DNA from: the human T2T-CHM13v2.0 reference genome, Homo sapiens
Length of the DNA: 64,000 bases
NCBI RefSeq assembly: GCF_009914755.1
Contig: NC_060934.1
Reading direction: 5' to 3' (one strand)
The number at the start of each line of letters is the position of its first letter. The stretch's first letter is position 1. This document shows, piece after piece, positions 1 to 24,800 of this stretch. A program made the position numbers and the translations under genes. The notes under the pieces are model-generated. The model was not told where the DNA came from. It did no database searches and was given only the letters and a program-made list of their open reading frames with translations.

Positions 1-1
1 C

Positions 2-157
<156 letters not shown>

Positions 158-1747
158 TCATAGATGAATTCTTGGAACTGGGATTAATCAGAATATGGCA
201 GATTAGCATCCAAGATGGAATTGCTTTACTCTCATTCAAGGTTTCCCTCATTCTTCACTCTCCCCATGCTGGTCACCTTGCTGTTTGTTCCTCGAACACA
301 TATGAAATGCGTTTCTGTCTTGGCAGTCATCCTGCTACCTGTAATGTCAGCACTGCTTTCTGTTGTCCCTTCAGTCAGGTCACTGTTCAAATAGCTCTCT
401 AGACAGGCTCTTCCTTATCATTCTACTTAAAATAGCCCCCAATCACTCTGTGTCCCTTTAGCCTGCTTCCTCTTCCTGCTATTTCATACTACCTGAAAAA
501 ATACTTGAACTTCCTAGAACATAAGCTCATAAAAGCAAGAACTGTGCTCCACCTCTCCTCTCCTCTACCCCAGCACTCAGAAGAGAAACAGAGTCAGCAT
601 CCAGTGAGTGTTCATGAATCAAGTCACTGCTTGGCAGAATTCAGCACTGGGACCACAGCCTCGCCTATCTTCAACTCTTTCTCCTTCTGCTTTTCCTCCT
701 CCCACTCTAGTAGCCACTCTTCTGGGGGCTTGTCCCTTAAATGATTAGTCCTTACTGACCTATTTTCTGTCCACTTTATCTGTTTTTGAGAGAGGGTCTC
801 ACTCTGTTGCCCAGGCTGGAGTGCAGTGGCATGAATATGGGTCACTGCAGCCTCCACCTCCTGGGCTCAAGTGATCTTCCTGCCTCAGCCTGCCATGCCA
901 TGTAACTGAGGCCACAGGCATGTGCCACCATGTCCAGCTAATTTCTTGATTTTTTTTTTGGTAGAAATGGGTCTCACTTTATTGCCCAGTCTGGTCTTGA
1001 AGTCCTACACTCGAGCAGTCATCTCAACTTGGCCTCCCAAAGTGCTGGGATTACAGGCATGAGATACTGCACCTGGTCTTATTTTTTCTTTTCTTAAGAT
1101 ACAGGGTCTCACCATCTGGCCCAGGCTGAACTCAAACTGCTGAGCTCAAGTAATTCCCCCACCTCAGCCTCCGAAGTAGCTAGGACTAAAGGCATGAAAC
1201 CACCATGCTTGGCTTGTCCAATTTCATTCTACACACTTTCTTGGTATTTAAACAGCTGCTGTTGCTCTTCATTCTGTAGCTCTACATCAGATTCATGCTC
1301 TAGTCCTGTATATCCAAATGATGACTAGAGGCTGCCGGCTCTGCTCTTTCAAAGGCACAATGAGCGTAGCCCGTCTACAAAACTCTCCCTTTTCCAATCC
1401 AGCTTTCCCTCCTGCATCACCTATCTCTCTACATCTGGAACCATCGGCAGCTGCCTTCATAAGGCACCTCAGTCTGGCATTCGGAAAACCACCGTCTTGC
1501 CAGAGCCTCTTGGTCTTGGGTAGCAAAAGCTGTATGCAATCTAAATCAAGCTTTCAATCATGAGAAATCACATTCCTTCTTTTCCCTTTGTAATATACTC
1601 ATGTGTTTTTTTTTTTCCTTTCTCAATAAGCAAATTGTACCACCATCTTATTCTGAGATGCTCCTTTTTAAAAGCTGTAGATCACATTAATGGAAGTGGT
1701 TACTGCTGGGAATATTTTCCATGTGCAATGATCTGTAACCCTCTTTT

Positions 1748-2352
<605 letters not shown>

Positions 2353-2433
2353 TAACTGTAACCCTCTTATCTCAACTAGCTGACGTTATTACTTCACATC
2401 CAGTTCAATTTATAAATTAAGAGAGGTGCCATG

Positions 2434-2764
<331 letters not shown>

Positions 2765-3078
2765 TCAATGCACATTTATGAAATTTTTTTTCAAATATAT
2801 TTTCACACATTTTATCTAAATACATAATACAGAAGCCTGTGTGACTTGGGCAATGTGGCCAGGAGGGCCTGAGACTAACACATCCACCTTGGCAAAAGGA
2901 CATAAAATATGTCTTATGGTCAGAAAAATCAACATTTTGTGTATTTACTTAGTTTACGAAAAGTACTGAAAATGCTATTACTAGCTGAATTTGTGATTTC
3001 CTTTTGAAATTCTGAGTTATCCTTATTTTTCCCATTTTGTTTTTGCACCAAGGAGACTGCAGTCAAATAAAACAGATA

Positions 3079-4581
<1,503 letters not shown>

Positions 4582-4654
4582 TCAAAAATTGGGTAGTGGC
4601 TTGCAGGATCCTATAGACAGCTCACAATTACCTTTTAAAAAGATACATTTTCTG

Positions 4655-4960
<306 letters not shown>

Positions 4961-5184
4961 AAGATACATTTTCTGTTGTTTGGATAGTATATTTACTCAT
5001 ACTAGCTCACTAACTAAACAGAGCTGCAGATCAGTTCTTACTCCAGCACATTCTTTTTACAACACTTAAGATGACTAAATGCAACATGAAATGGGGAAGA
5101 TTTAAAAAAAGATGGCTTTGACTTCAGCATGAAACAGATACAAGTGTACGATGAAAATACAACCTCAATAAAAGTGCCACTTAC

Positions 5185-5236
5185 CGCAAATGAGTGTAAC
5201 TGTTCATCAGGTATGCTCAAAGATCTATCTGCATCT
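5185..5236 (-). CDS. AGAP-like exon 7 (DADRSLSIPDEQLHSFA)
   Basis: 52 nt, ttatag| ... |gtaagt. Confidence 0.88.
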
Positions 5237-5760
5237 CTATAAAATAAGAAAGTGCATTACTTCAAAAACTGTTAATATCTTAGTATAATATTTGTTGAGT
5301 AAAATACTTCCTCCTGTGTGCTTTGGTGTTTACTTTACCAAAGCAGTTTTTACGAATTCTTCTCCTGGATCCTGACTTGCAGAGGGTTTCCTGACTTCTT
5401 CTTTCTCAGCACATCATGGTCTGTACCGTGAAGCCTTTTATATGATAACCAGTCAGAAATGCCCATGAGTATTGACTCTCCCTAACAGGCCATGGCAATA
5501 AACCAAACATATTTTCACTCTTCTAACCACACATTGAAACACAAGAATGTTCTACAAAGCAGTAGTAGTAAACTTTAATAAATGTAAATGTGATTCAGAT
5601 TTCCTAGCTTCCTTTCTCTTTAGTTCTCTGTAGTATACTCTCATGATGTTTTTATGTATTTTCTGTTGTCTGAATGACAAACTCATCTACCTTTTTAAGA
5701 GGCCAGTCTTTGAGGAACTTTAAACTTTGTAAAACTAATGCATTGTGCCTGTGTATAAAC

Positions 5761-8100
<2,340 letters not shown>

Positions 8101-8104
8101 AACA

Positions 8105-8280
8105 ATACTGTTCTCAAGGAATATTTTCTGTTTTTATAACCTGGGTCATGGGTTACTACTGACATCTAGTTGGTAGAGGCCATGAATACTGCTAAACTCT
8201 CTGCAATGCACAAGACAGTCCTCACAACAAAGCATTATCTAGCCCATAATATCAACAGTGGTAAGGCTGTGAAATCTAAA
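8105..8280 (+). mobile_element. MER20
   Basis: TACTACTGACATCTAGTTGGTAGAGGCCA...TGCTAAAC...CACAACAAAG..TTATCTAGCCC. Confidence 0.7.
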
Positions 8281-8547
8281 CTAAAAATAGATTTTGAAAA
8301 AATTTCAATTGTATAATTCTACCACACTAAATATCAATATAATCAATATAAACATATACTCTTTGAGATTCTCAATCATTTAAGAATTATGAGAGTCTTA
8401 AGGAACAAAGAAAATACAAATAATTTGCTTCGATATTTTAGTAGGCACAATACAGCTTATGATGTCTAGAGCTGTGACCTAACACTGAGCTTGATATCTT
8501 GCAAAGTAATTAGCTAGAATAACAAGACAGGTTTCTAAAAAGCTCAC

Positions 8548-8583
8548 CTTTGTGTGATATGATGAGGTATCTCCAAGGTCACA
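8548..8583 (-). CDS. AGAP-like exon 6 (VTLEIPHHITQR)
   Basis: 36 nt, ccacag| ... |gtgagc. Confidence 0.88.
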
Positions 8584-8825
8584 CTGTGGAAGGAAAAAAA
8601 ATTCATAACAATAGATGTTATCATTTGTTAGGCCTGAAGACATTTTTTAAAAGGGGGGCAGAGGAAACTCTCCTAGCGGCCCTGAAATTCAAATCTTCTA
8701 GTTCAGAACAGTACCATAAGGGCACTTTGTTTTCATTTCTTTGTTTTTTACAAAAATATGAGAACCAAAATGCAAGGAAATATGCCGTTAGAAGACGCGT
8801 TTCTGTTGGTGATTACAATATATAA

Positions 8826-9242
<417 letters not shown>

Positions 9243-9550
9243 TGAGGCTCAAAACAACTGAGGGAAGGTAAATCTCAATTCTACTAATAGGTCTACACAA
9301 TATTAGCACTTTTTAAAAAGCCTGTAACATTAGCATGTGAGATGGATATGTCTATAGTGCTTCAAGTAGTTTTCATCTCTGAAATAATTTTAAAATCACA
9401 GAATTTAAAGTTACATGCTGGAAAGGACCAATGACCTTATGTGACATTTAATTCAACACTTGTTTTACAGATCAGGGAAACAAACCTTAAAACTGACTTG
9501 CCCAAGGTCCCACCAAATAGGAGCAGTTTCTCGTCCTAAACTCAAATTAA

Positions 9551-9725
9551 GCAGTGGCTCTCAAACTTTGCTGCACATTAAAATCACCTGAGAAGCTTTA
9601 ATATCTGCCTCATCTTCCACATGAGACATTTTAATTTAATTAGTATTGGGTATGGCTTTGGGCATCAAGGTTCTTGGTAAACGTTTCCCAGGTGATTTCA
9701 ATCAGCAGCAAAGTTTGGAATGATT
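9551..9725. mobile_element. MER5A
   Basis: CAGTGGCTCTCAAACTTTGCTGCACATTAAAATCACCTG...CCCAGGTGATT...AAGTTTG. Confidence 0.65.
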
Positions 9726-11167
9726 GAGCTGGGGTGAAAATCAGAATCTTCTGGGATGCTTTTCTTCACAGAAAGATGCCTCACATCCATCCCGATTTTC
9801 CTAAAAGGCTTCTCAGTGCCTAGAGATAGAGGGAAAGTGGAGATGGGAAGATACATGTATTTGCAGACTTGCATTTTGAAAAAAACCTTGCATAAGTGAT
9901 CTCAGCGAGTTCCACCTATCCCACTGACAACAGTGCACTACTGATTCATGATAAAACATTTTTCAAAATATCTTCTTGAAGCCAATTTGCCCTATTAATT
10001 TGTTCAATAACTTTATTTCACCAATAGCGAATACACCAAATGATCATTTCTCAAACTTGCTGGTGGCAAATTAAAACTTACTATACTCTCAAAAGTAGAC
10101 TTCTAAAAAGTAGAATAATGAGGAAAAAAGCACGAAATTTGTTTCAGCAAAATTAATCTTCAAAGCTGCTTTTGAATTATATGCTAACTTATCAAAATCT
10201 TTGGAACTCAGAAGAAGCCAGGGACTCTAGTCAAAGTAATTTTTGTGTATGTGTGCTCAAAGATTTAAGAGACTTGGCTGACTACAGACATTTAGTGATT
10301 ACTCAATAGGTCCCAAAGCTCAGGACTTGAGACAGAGTTTGAGTTCAGTTTTTGTTTGAAACACAATTTCCTCTCAACTATTGTTAAAAGGGAGGGAGGA
10401 AAGTGACATTATTATGAGTGTAAACTTGCCACTTTTAATTGAAGTAAAAGTTATTGACAATTGAATTAGCTAAAAAGGCTAGTGCATTTGAAACAAAATT
10501 GTTTATAAGCTAGTTATGTTTACAGAATGAAAAGTTAAATTAAAGATAAAGACATTAATATTCTAAATTAGCACTTTCCAAACTGTGTTCTAAAAATCAA
10601 GACTAATAACCCAAGGAGATGAGAATAATGTACACTGGACGGCCCCTGTGGAGCTGGTGGTGGTGTTGGTTGTTGTTCCTTTTAAAATAAACTTCATCTC
10701 AGGGTGCTCTCAAAGCGCATCGTGGTCCACGAGGTGCTCATGCACAATGGGAGAAATTCAAATGCAGATACACTGTGGTGCCAGAAGAAGAAAAGCTGTT
10801 CCTTCTTCCAAGGATAATGTCCAAAGTAGTGCACACTGATTTGGGCCTATGATGCATTGAAAAACTAAGTTTCCACAAAAAACATTCAATAAAGGGAACC
10901 TATCCTTCTCACTGTGTTCAACATTGTCTAAAGGCATAAAGGCATCAAAAAGACACACTGTTTCTGGGTTTGCTTCTTTGCTAACTGATTTTTCCTTCCA
11001 CCACGACGTCTAAGATTAAAAGAGAAACTGATACTTAATATTGAGAATCTGGATATCAATATATGGTTGACTCCAATTTCTTAAGCTGATTGCTGAAGAG
11101 GACAACCAAATGGCTGAAATAATTTCCGAATAAAGGAATCTGTCCCTCGGCAGCATAGTTGTACTCA

Positions 11168-11323
<156 letters not shown>

Positions 11324-11547
11324 TTAAAATGTCAAATGACAAAGCACTAAGATATGTCTTACACTCCATGAACTGCCTGAGTGTGGTATCATGTGCACTC
11401 TATAGAAAACACATTGGAGGCTCTCAACTTCCAGAGATGATGTTTAAGATATGGGTTATAAAATGCTGCCCTTAATATGGTACCTGTCATCAAACCTAAC
11501 AAGGATTTTATGAATTACCGTTAAAAATAATGGGAAAAGTCGGCTTC

Positions 11548-12233
<686 letters not shown>

Positions 12234-13332
12234 CCTTCTATTATTTATTTACTACGATAAAATGTAGTGTATTAAATAATCCTGCTACAAGAGCATTTTA
12301 TTGCAGTGAATACAAGATTAATGCATTTACTAAATTACTAATCCTAAATGTATTATTTCAGGTGATATTGTTACAAAAGAAGTGTTTCAGATTCAGGGGC
12401 TCTGTGTGCCAGGGCTGCTAGGCCACCAACAAGTGAGGAAGCCATAGGTTTCTCTAGTCCTATTTTCTTATGTGGAGGATAAAAAGAGTATCACTTAAAT
12501 ATTCTCTCACACCCTAAAAACAAATGACAACTTAAAAAATCTAACTTTCACTTCATGTTTAAATAAGACTGCCAAGACATGACTCAAATGAGACTCTTGG
12601 AGAATACTTTGCATTCACTTCAAAACTTGATCAATTGCATTCTATAAATCATCTGACCTGCACCTAGCCATTTTCCTGCTCTACCCCTGCTCTCTGCCTA
12701 GAATACTGCTTTTCTCTTTCCTTGCTTCAGCAAGCTCGACTCCATCTACCCTCTTGGATCTCTTTGTCGGCAGCCACACCAAAAAATGTATTTTTATACA
12801 CTAATTAGTTGAATTCACCACTGCTTACAAGATGCTAATTGCTGCAGAGTATTCCCCTCATGAGAAAGTATGCCTCTCCATAAGAGTAAGGGAGGGCCCT
12901 TACTCTTCCTACCTCCAGCTGCTGAGCATAGAATTTTGAGTAAATCCAAAACTTCGACAAGTGTTTGACAATTCAGTCATCATTTGGAAGGTAAGTCTTA
13001 CTACATTTAATTACAGCAAAAACACTACTAACAGTTTACTCTTTATAGGTATTATTTAAGGTAGTCACAAAATAGAAACAAATAATCTAACGTCAGTCAG
13101 CATAAATGAGAGTATGAAATTTTACAATATTTAACAAGAAATGGAAGGGGTTACTTAGTAGTTTTAAGGTTTAATGACAAAAACTAGAAAATAATCGTAC
13201 CTAGTAATTTAGTAAGTCAAAACCAAAGCCTTACCATCAAAGGTGCAGTACCCATTGGATGCGGATGCCCACGCACTGACTTCTGCTGTACCTGCTGCCT
13301 CTCATTTTAACCCATTAAAAATACTAAACTTG

Positions 13333-15630
<2,298 letters not shown>

Positions 15631-18269
15631 TACAGCATTTTTCTCAGCAAACATAAAATAAAACAAAGACTAAAGTTCATATTTTTCACTCTCCTTTTGG
15701 GCAGGACAAATTTTAGATAGGTTTTTAAAGAATTAGTAACTTTTTTCCTTTTTCCGAGACAGGGTCTCCCTTTGTTGCCCAGGCTGGAGTGCAGTGGTGC
15801 AATTATAGTTAACTGCAGCCTCAAACTCCTGAGCTCAGGTGATCCTCTGCCTCAGCCTCCTGAGTAGGTAATATGAAAGGCGCATGCCACGAGGCCTGGC
15901 TAATTTGTTATTTAACCTTTTTGTAGACATGAGGTCTTGCTATGTTGACCAGGCTAAAAATGAACAAATCTTAATTAACTTAAATATTTCTAACACCTTG
16001 GGCATTCAGGAAAACAGCTCCATTTATGTTGTGAAGTAATGGGAAGCATATGGCAGTGGATAAACTTTGAATGAAAATATTAAACAAGGCCTTAGGAGAA
16101 AAGTGTAATATGCTTATTATAGATACATTAATTTAAAAAATTCTCTGGCTTAATATCATTATACTCAAATTAGACTTTGATTTAAACATAGGTCCTAAAT
16201 TTGGATTAAATATAATAGATTGACCACAAATTTATTTCGTCTCCCTCTGGAAGCCTCATTAGTCATAAAATAAAGGTTACACCCATGACCAGCACAGAAG
16301 GTTGACAGAGATAATTTTTAGTAAATGCTGAGACATAAAAAGTAGACAAAGGAGTGGTAAATAACACAGAAACACAACTTTGCTGACTACAGAAAGTGAC
16401 TGGAACAGAAGCGAGCCAGTTTGTCTTGCAGAACTAAAGGCAGGTTGTGAACTTACAGGCAAATGGCACTTTGGAAAGTAGGGTAAAATGTAAAAAAAAA
16501 AAGCCAGCAAGGTCAGTTGCAAATCTCTAACTAGAGCCCAAAGTCTACCTGTCCTTCCATCTGACAAGAAACTTAGATGTGTGTTCTCTGGATATATCAA
16601 ACCTGAGAATTTCTGGCTCAGAGATACTATGGCTTAAACCTGAGATATAAAGAAAACTGTACACCAAAAATGGAACTCCAACTTTCTTTGCTAACTCTGC
16701 TTTTCCTTTCCAGGCAGAAAATTGGGAGATCCTTCTCAGAAGAAACTGAAATGTCTTCAGTAAAGATCCCCAGATAATACACTGAGGTCTCCCAAATGAA
16801 AAGCTAGTCAGGCTTCTAAGGCCTCACACTGAGTGCTATCAGTTAACAGAAATCCTGCTTCCAAATAAAGCAGGCCAGGGACCACCACACATTGGAGGGA
16901 AGCCTCCAAGAAAAGAGATCAAAACAATAGAAAAAAGGAATTGATAGGACCAGTCAAAATCAGGAGCAAAACTTTAAAAAAAAATCTTAAAACACTCTCA
17001 AAAAATATAAAATTCAATAGAAATAGTAGAGGATAAAGTCACAGAATATCCCAGAACTAGAATAAAAAGACAAACTGAAAAAAATAGAAGGGGAAAAATT
17101 AAAAATCAATGCAGGTGTACTGGTCTAAGCAGCCTAGCATCTGAAGAACAAGACTATCAGTAAAAAAGTAACAGAGAAAATAAAAAAAAAATTCTCAAGA
17201 AGAGATAGTCTGCAGGTTTAGTAGCCTCAATAAAATGAAAAGATCCCCAACAAGCTGTTATAAAATTTCAGAACCTTAGAGAGAGAGATTCTAAAAAGCT
17301 TCCGCAGATAACTAAAACCTGGTTGTAAATAACATATCACACACTGGCAATAGATTCAAGAACAACACTGTAATAAGAGCACAACTGCAAAATGTCTTCA
17401 GAACCATACAATTTAGATTCAACCTAGAGGTGTACTCTCTATCAAAGAGGAGGGATTTTAACATCTCCACCCAGGAAAATGTGTTCAAGTACAACTAGAG
17501 ACGATAACAGGACAGAAGGAAACACAGAATCTAGGACTCAGGCGATCCCACACAAGACAGCAGTTACGTGAGATCCCAAAAGACTTTAAGGAGTTAGCCC
17601 AGAAAAGCAGACATCGAGCATATCTAGGGAAACCCACGCTATATTGAACTAGGATGACAAAAGGCCAAAGAAAGTTGCCCCCCACACACACATAAAAAGG
17701 AACAGATGTGTTTTTGCAGATGGAAAATATCTTTGAAAGGCATGTGATAAATGCTACAATACTTGGGGGAAAAACAGCTGTTAGAAAATAGGCAAATGAA
17801 TATAGTCAGAAAATTAGCTTCATGCTAAAAAATAATGGATGTGAAAGCAAACAGAGCACCCAGAGGCTACTTAATGATATTTGGATAGATAAACTAACAT
17901 AGGCTAGGAAAAAAGAAGATCCAGGAGAATTGCAGAAGTGCTCAGATTTCAGAACTGTTTCAGAGACAGGATGAAGGACATGGAATGCAGAGGCACAGTG
18001 AAAACACCATATGACTTAGCAGTGAATAATATTTGCAGAGTCATAATCATGTAAATATTACTGATTTAATTAAAAAGTGTGCTACAATTGGAAGAAACAC
18101 AGGGAGAAACATAAGATCATGGTGTAGCGAGGAAGATACGCTTTTACCCGCTGTGATAGAAAGTCAATAGACAGTGCTGGCAATTAACTTAACTATTCTA
18201 TTTTTGTTCTTTCATTAAAAATAAGATTAAATATTTAAGGCACTTTTTTTTTTTTTTTTTTTTTTTTGA

Positions 18270-18377
<108 letters not shown>

Positions 18378-18799
18378 TAGCTGAGATTACAGGCATGCAC
18401 CAGCACGCCCGGCTACTTTTGTATTTTTAGTAGATACAGAATTTCACCATGTTGGTCAGGGCTGTCTCAAACTCCTGACCTCAGATGATCAGCCTGCCTT
18501 GGCCTCCTAAAGTGCTGTGATTACAGACGTTAGCCACCATGCCCAGCCTTAAGGCAGATCTTTTGAACCAGACTATTGAAATTTAACTTAAATGTCAGAA
18601 ATCTTTAAAAGGTGGACACGCTAAGCTAAACACTTTTCTGGATAAATTTAATACTCAGGAAAATAGAAGAGATTTAGAAAATCCACAAAAAGAGGTCCAT
18701 GCTACCACCACCAGGTCCACATTGTAATTTAAAGAAATCAAGAGAGACATCCTTTTATGTCAAACTATCAATTTCTTAACTATTTGAGTGTTTACTTAC

Positions 18800-18834
18800 A
18801 CGGTTTGTACAGTTGCTTCTTCTTATTTCTACAA
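18800..18834 (-). CDS. AGAP-like exon 4 (VVEIRRSNCTNR)
   Basis: 35 nt, tcttag| ... |gtaagt. Confidence 0.88.
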
Positions 18835-19433
18835 CTAAGAATAAAAAAAAAAAAAAACTGGTCACTTCTGATACAAATACCATAAAATAAAAGTAGTTGT
18901 TAACATCTTACTGATTACTCCTATGTAAAATGAGACAAAATTCCATTTAAAAAAATAATTTTCAATAATTTATAATTTAAATTATCTGGCATGATTAATT
19001 TCATAAGTCAAATCTAAAAACTTAGTTTTTCATTTAGTTTACTTTTTGTTTCTATTACATACAAATGAAAGAATCCTCATGTACAAAAGAAAAGGGTAAA
19101 AAAATTAGGCCAGATGAAAAATTTAGCTAATAAAAAGTTTAACTGTTGCATATATGAGCCATGATCCATTAGTATTCTCTCATTCTGCATTTACACATAG
19201 CTTACTTTAATTATCAGACTCTAAGAGCTAACAGCTCTAAGAACTACGTCCTGACCAGACACCTATCTCTAGATGCAACAGAATCCCTGTAAGCATCTTG
19301 AACCACACTTAGTGGTTATCTACTAATATGTCACTAAAAACAAATCAAAATTAAAAAACGGTCTTTACACAACTGGAAAGTAACGTATCTTAATTTTTTT
19401 TTTTTTGAGATGGAGTCTCACTCTGTCACCTAG

Positions 19434-19571
<138 letters not shown>

Positions 19572-19982
19572 TAGTAGAGACAGAGTTACACTGTGTTAGC
19601 CAGGATGGTCTTGATCTCCTAACCTCGTGATCCACCCACCTCAGCCTCCCAAAGAGCTGGGATTACAGGTGTAAGCCACAGAGCCTGGCCTAAATTTTGA
19701 TGTTAAAATGAGTATACAAACCTAATTGGACATGGTGTCTGCAGCTCAAAAAATCATTTTTTTTCCTCTAAAAAGAGGCCAGAATAATAAAAGCCCCAAG
19801 AGGGACTTGGGCCATGCTTTGTTTCCTACACTGCCTCTGCCTTTGATGCTGGAAGGGCCTTGTAGGCAAAAGTTCCTACCACCGAAGAGTGAGGGACATG
19901 GAATAGCTTTTCTTTTACTGCTTCCATGCTCTCTAGGTGTGAGAAGCCCATGGCTCTGGAAGGAACTGGGAAATACAATTCT

Positions 19983-20690
<708 letters not shown>

Positions 20691-21424
20691 TAACCAGAAA
20701 TAACTGACTCAAGATGGGCAAAGTCTACTCAAACTATAAAAACAAAGGTTACAAACTCCCGTGTTTTACTGTGCTGCATTACTTCGCACACTATTATAGA
20801 ACCCTCACTTGTATTCTTGCTGTTTAAGTCAACTGGAAAACTTGGCTGTGTATGGCTTGTTGGCAAATAAATGAGGATTTAACATAACATTAGGGAAATA
20901 AGCAGGAGTAGGGCATGTTTAAATTTACATGACATCAAATGAAAAAGTTAATAACCTAAAACTTTTGAGTAGCATGAACTTGGATGTGGTAAATGAATGT
21001 GGTCAGAGGACTGTGTAAGAGGAGGCCCAAATCACAGATTCAATCCCTGATGATAAACAACTATGTTTTTTAAGTTGTTTAAATGAAAACCAAGCTGAAG
21101 CCTAAGTTCTATCATTCATCTTTAAAGTGTACTTTTTGGAGCAAGGGAAAAGGGATTATAAATAAAGATAAATCCATTAATTATAAATAAAGATAAATCC
21201 AAGAATTATAAAGAGAAATCCATGACTCCTCCAACACATGACAAATTAATTGTGTTGATAAAAAGATGGCAAAATGTATAAACAAAAAGGTTACACGTTT
21301 TCACTAACATCATAACAACTAAAGGAAAGTATATCACATATTAAAATAAGACAAGTGAACATGTGAAAAGGTGAAAAATTTAAACCAATATGAGTTTTTC
21401 TAAATACTTTCTATAACCTGATCA

Positions 21425-21580
<156 letters not shown>

Positions 21581-21810
21581 TCATTGATAAAAATTTATCA
21601 ACTCGTTTATTCGGCTGCTGCATTTAGGCTATTTCACTATCTCTACTTTGATTCTTATCCATTGAAATGAATGTATAGACATAAGATAGAGCCAGGCAAG
21701 ATGGCACATGCTTGTAGTCCCAGCTACTCAGGAGGCTGAGATGGGAAAATCACTTGAACCCAGGTCAGGAAGTTGAGGCCAGCATGAGTAACACAATGAC
21801 ACCCTCCTTT

Positions 21811-21842
<32 letters not shown>

Positions 21843-22685
21843 AGAGGTAAATTTTGGCTTTGAGTTGTGTAAAATCAACTTTGCATAAAATAAATCAAGA
21901 TGGCAGTAAGTTTTAAAAGACAGTCTATTTTATAGGCAAAATATAAGATGTATTCTAGAGTTTTTAAAATTTTTAAAAAGTAAATTCATCATATCTGTCA
22001 CTTCCATTTCATTCTGAGGACACAGAACCTTAGTTCTCTTGAGTAGCTGTCTTCCATAGTCATGTGATATCTCTAAGTTTTCATTTCTTCATTAGCAATA
22101 CATAGGGAGAACATACACAGGCCTTATTTGTATTGGAAAGGGCCAAGTGAGACATACATAAACTGTGTTGTAATCCTAAAGAATGACAATAAAGAGCCAT
22201 TTTTGGGCTCTCATCCAACACTACCCATCTACTAACTGGTGTGTAACATCCATCAGGCTTTCCGAACTTCACCAAGCAGAGTATAAGTTTATACAAGTAC
22301 TTACATGCTTTGTGTATAAAGGTACAATCAATTAATTCACATAATGCATTTGTTTATTCTAAAGCAATCCTTAAATATCTTGAAATGTGAAGATAGTACT
22401 TCCAAGTTACAAAGTCACACTCATAATGAGTCTTAATTATCCTACCTCTTTAAAAATTAAGAGCCCAACCAAAGTTTAAATAGAAGAGCTATAAGACATT
22501 TCCTCTACAGTAATGAAATCTCTGGCATTTAAATGAAACCAATAAGCCAACTGGATTTAATATGTTTATGATGCAATGTTTTCTATTTTGAAAATTTCAG
22601 TTTTTATTCAAGAACCATATTATTACCCAGAATTACTTTTACTTAGATTCATCTCTTTGCAAAATTTTAGAGGCAAACCAACTAA

Positions 22686-22880
<195 letters not shown>

Positions 22881-23791
22881 TGAGTAGCTGGAACTACAGT
22901 CATGCGCCACTACGCCCAGCTAATTTTTGTATTTTCTTTTTTAGTAGAGACAGCGTTTCACCATGTTGGCCAGGCTGGTCTCGACTCCTGACCTCAGGTG
23001 ATCCGCCTGCCACAGCCTCCCAAAGTGCTGGGATTACAGGCGTGAGCCACCAAGCCCAGCCAAAACTGTAACTTTCTTATCTTTGAACAAGATGCTATTG
23101 TCAGGAGGGGAAGGGACAAAGGGGGAGCCACGGCAACAAACACTCTTACAGGGAAGGTCTGACATTTTAACCTGCAATCTTTATACTACACATTAAAAGT
23201 CTACATTGACGTTTCATGTCTTTTGAAAGTTTTGACCGTGAACCAATCCCCACCTCTCTTTTAGAACAAGGAGGTAAATAAAGTCTGTTAAGTCACCAGA
23301 ATAAATCTGGAGACACATTTTCTGTTAAAGTAAGAATTTTAAAGTAATCAGAGCCTCATAGGTAAACTCCTTTGAGAAACCCCAAACACACACACACAAC
23401 CATTTTTCTGCAGCCCTGGCTGTGACATTTTATACCTTTCACAATTATTTTAAGCACTCTCCTTTTTTCTCTTTCCTTCTGTGTTCAAATTACAGTTAGA
23501 AGAAACTAAGCAGCTTCTATCAAGGTGACTTAAAGCAGCCCATTAAGAATACCATATAGCCTCTCCCGTGGCAACCTCCATTCTGATTTTAAATAAGAAA
23601 TCCCCAAATATTTGAATAGGAACTGTCCTGAGATTTGGCTACTTTAACAAAGGAAACAATTAGGCACTTACCTGGTTCCTTCACTTAGGTACCATCTGGA
23701 TAGGTTCAAAGAAAAATTAAGATGGGTACTGAAAAGTTGGGATATTTGAGTTTTTATTGAGAAAAGGAAGAGAATAGCTCAAAGAAGCCTA

Positions 23792-23950
<159 letters not shown>

Positions 23951-24211
23951 TTATAAAAATTTATCAACTCATTTATTCAACTGCTGCTTATTCGACAAGA
24001 GCCATAAATAAATGGTCCCATGCCAGCCTGGGAGAATGAGATGAGAGAGCAAGAACTGGGCGATTGGGAGGGGAGGTGAAAAGAAACTGACTGGACTCGG
24101 TGGGGAAAGACTAAGGGGTGGGAATTCAAGGCAGAGCCAGCTTTTGTTCCTGGCCAGCCCCCGGGAAAGCTGGCTACAAGCAGAAAGGAGCTCGAAGTGT
24201 AGGATGCCTCA

Positions 24212-24800
<589 letters not shown>

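Noticed and set aside
13240-13293. Imperfect inverted repeat AGGTGCAGTA...TGCTGTACCT
   Set aside because: Stem too short to support a miRNA or MITE call.
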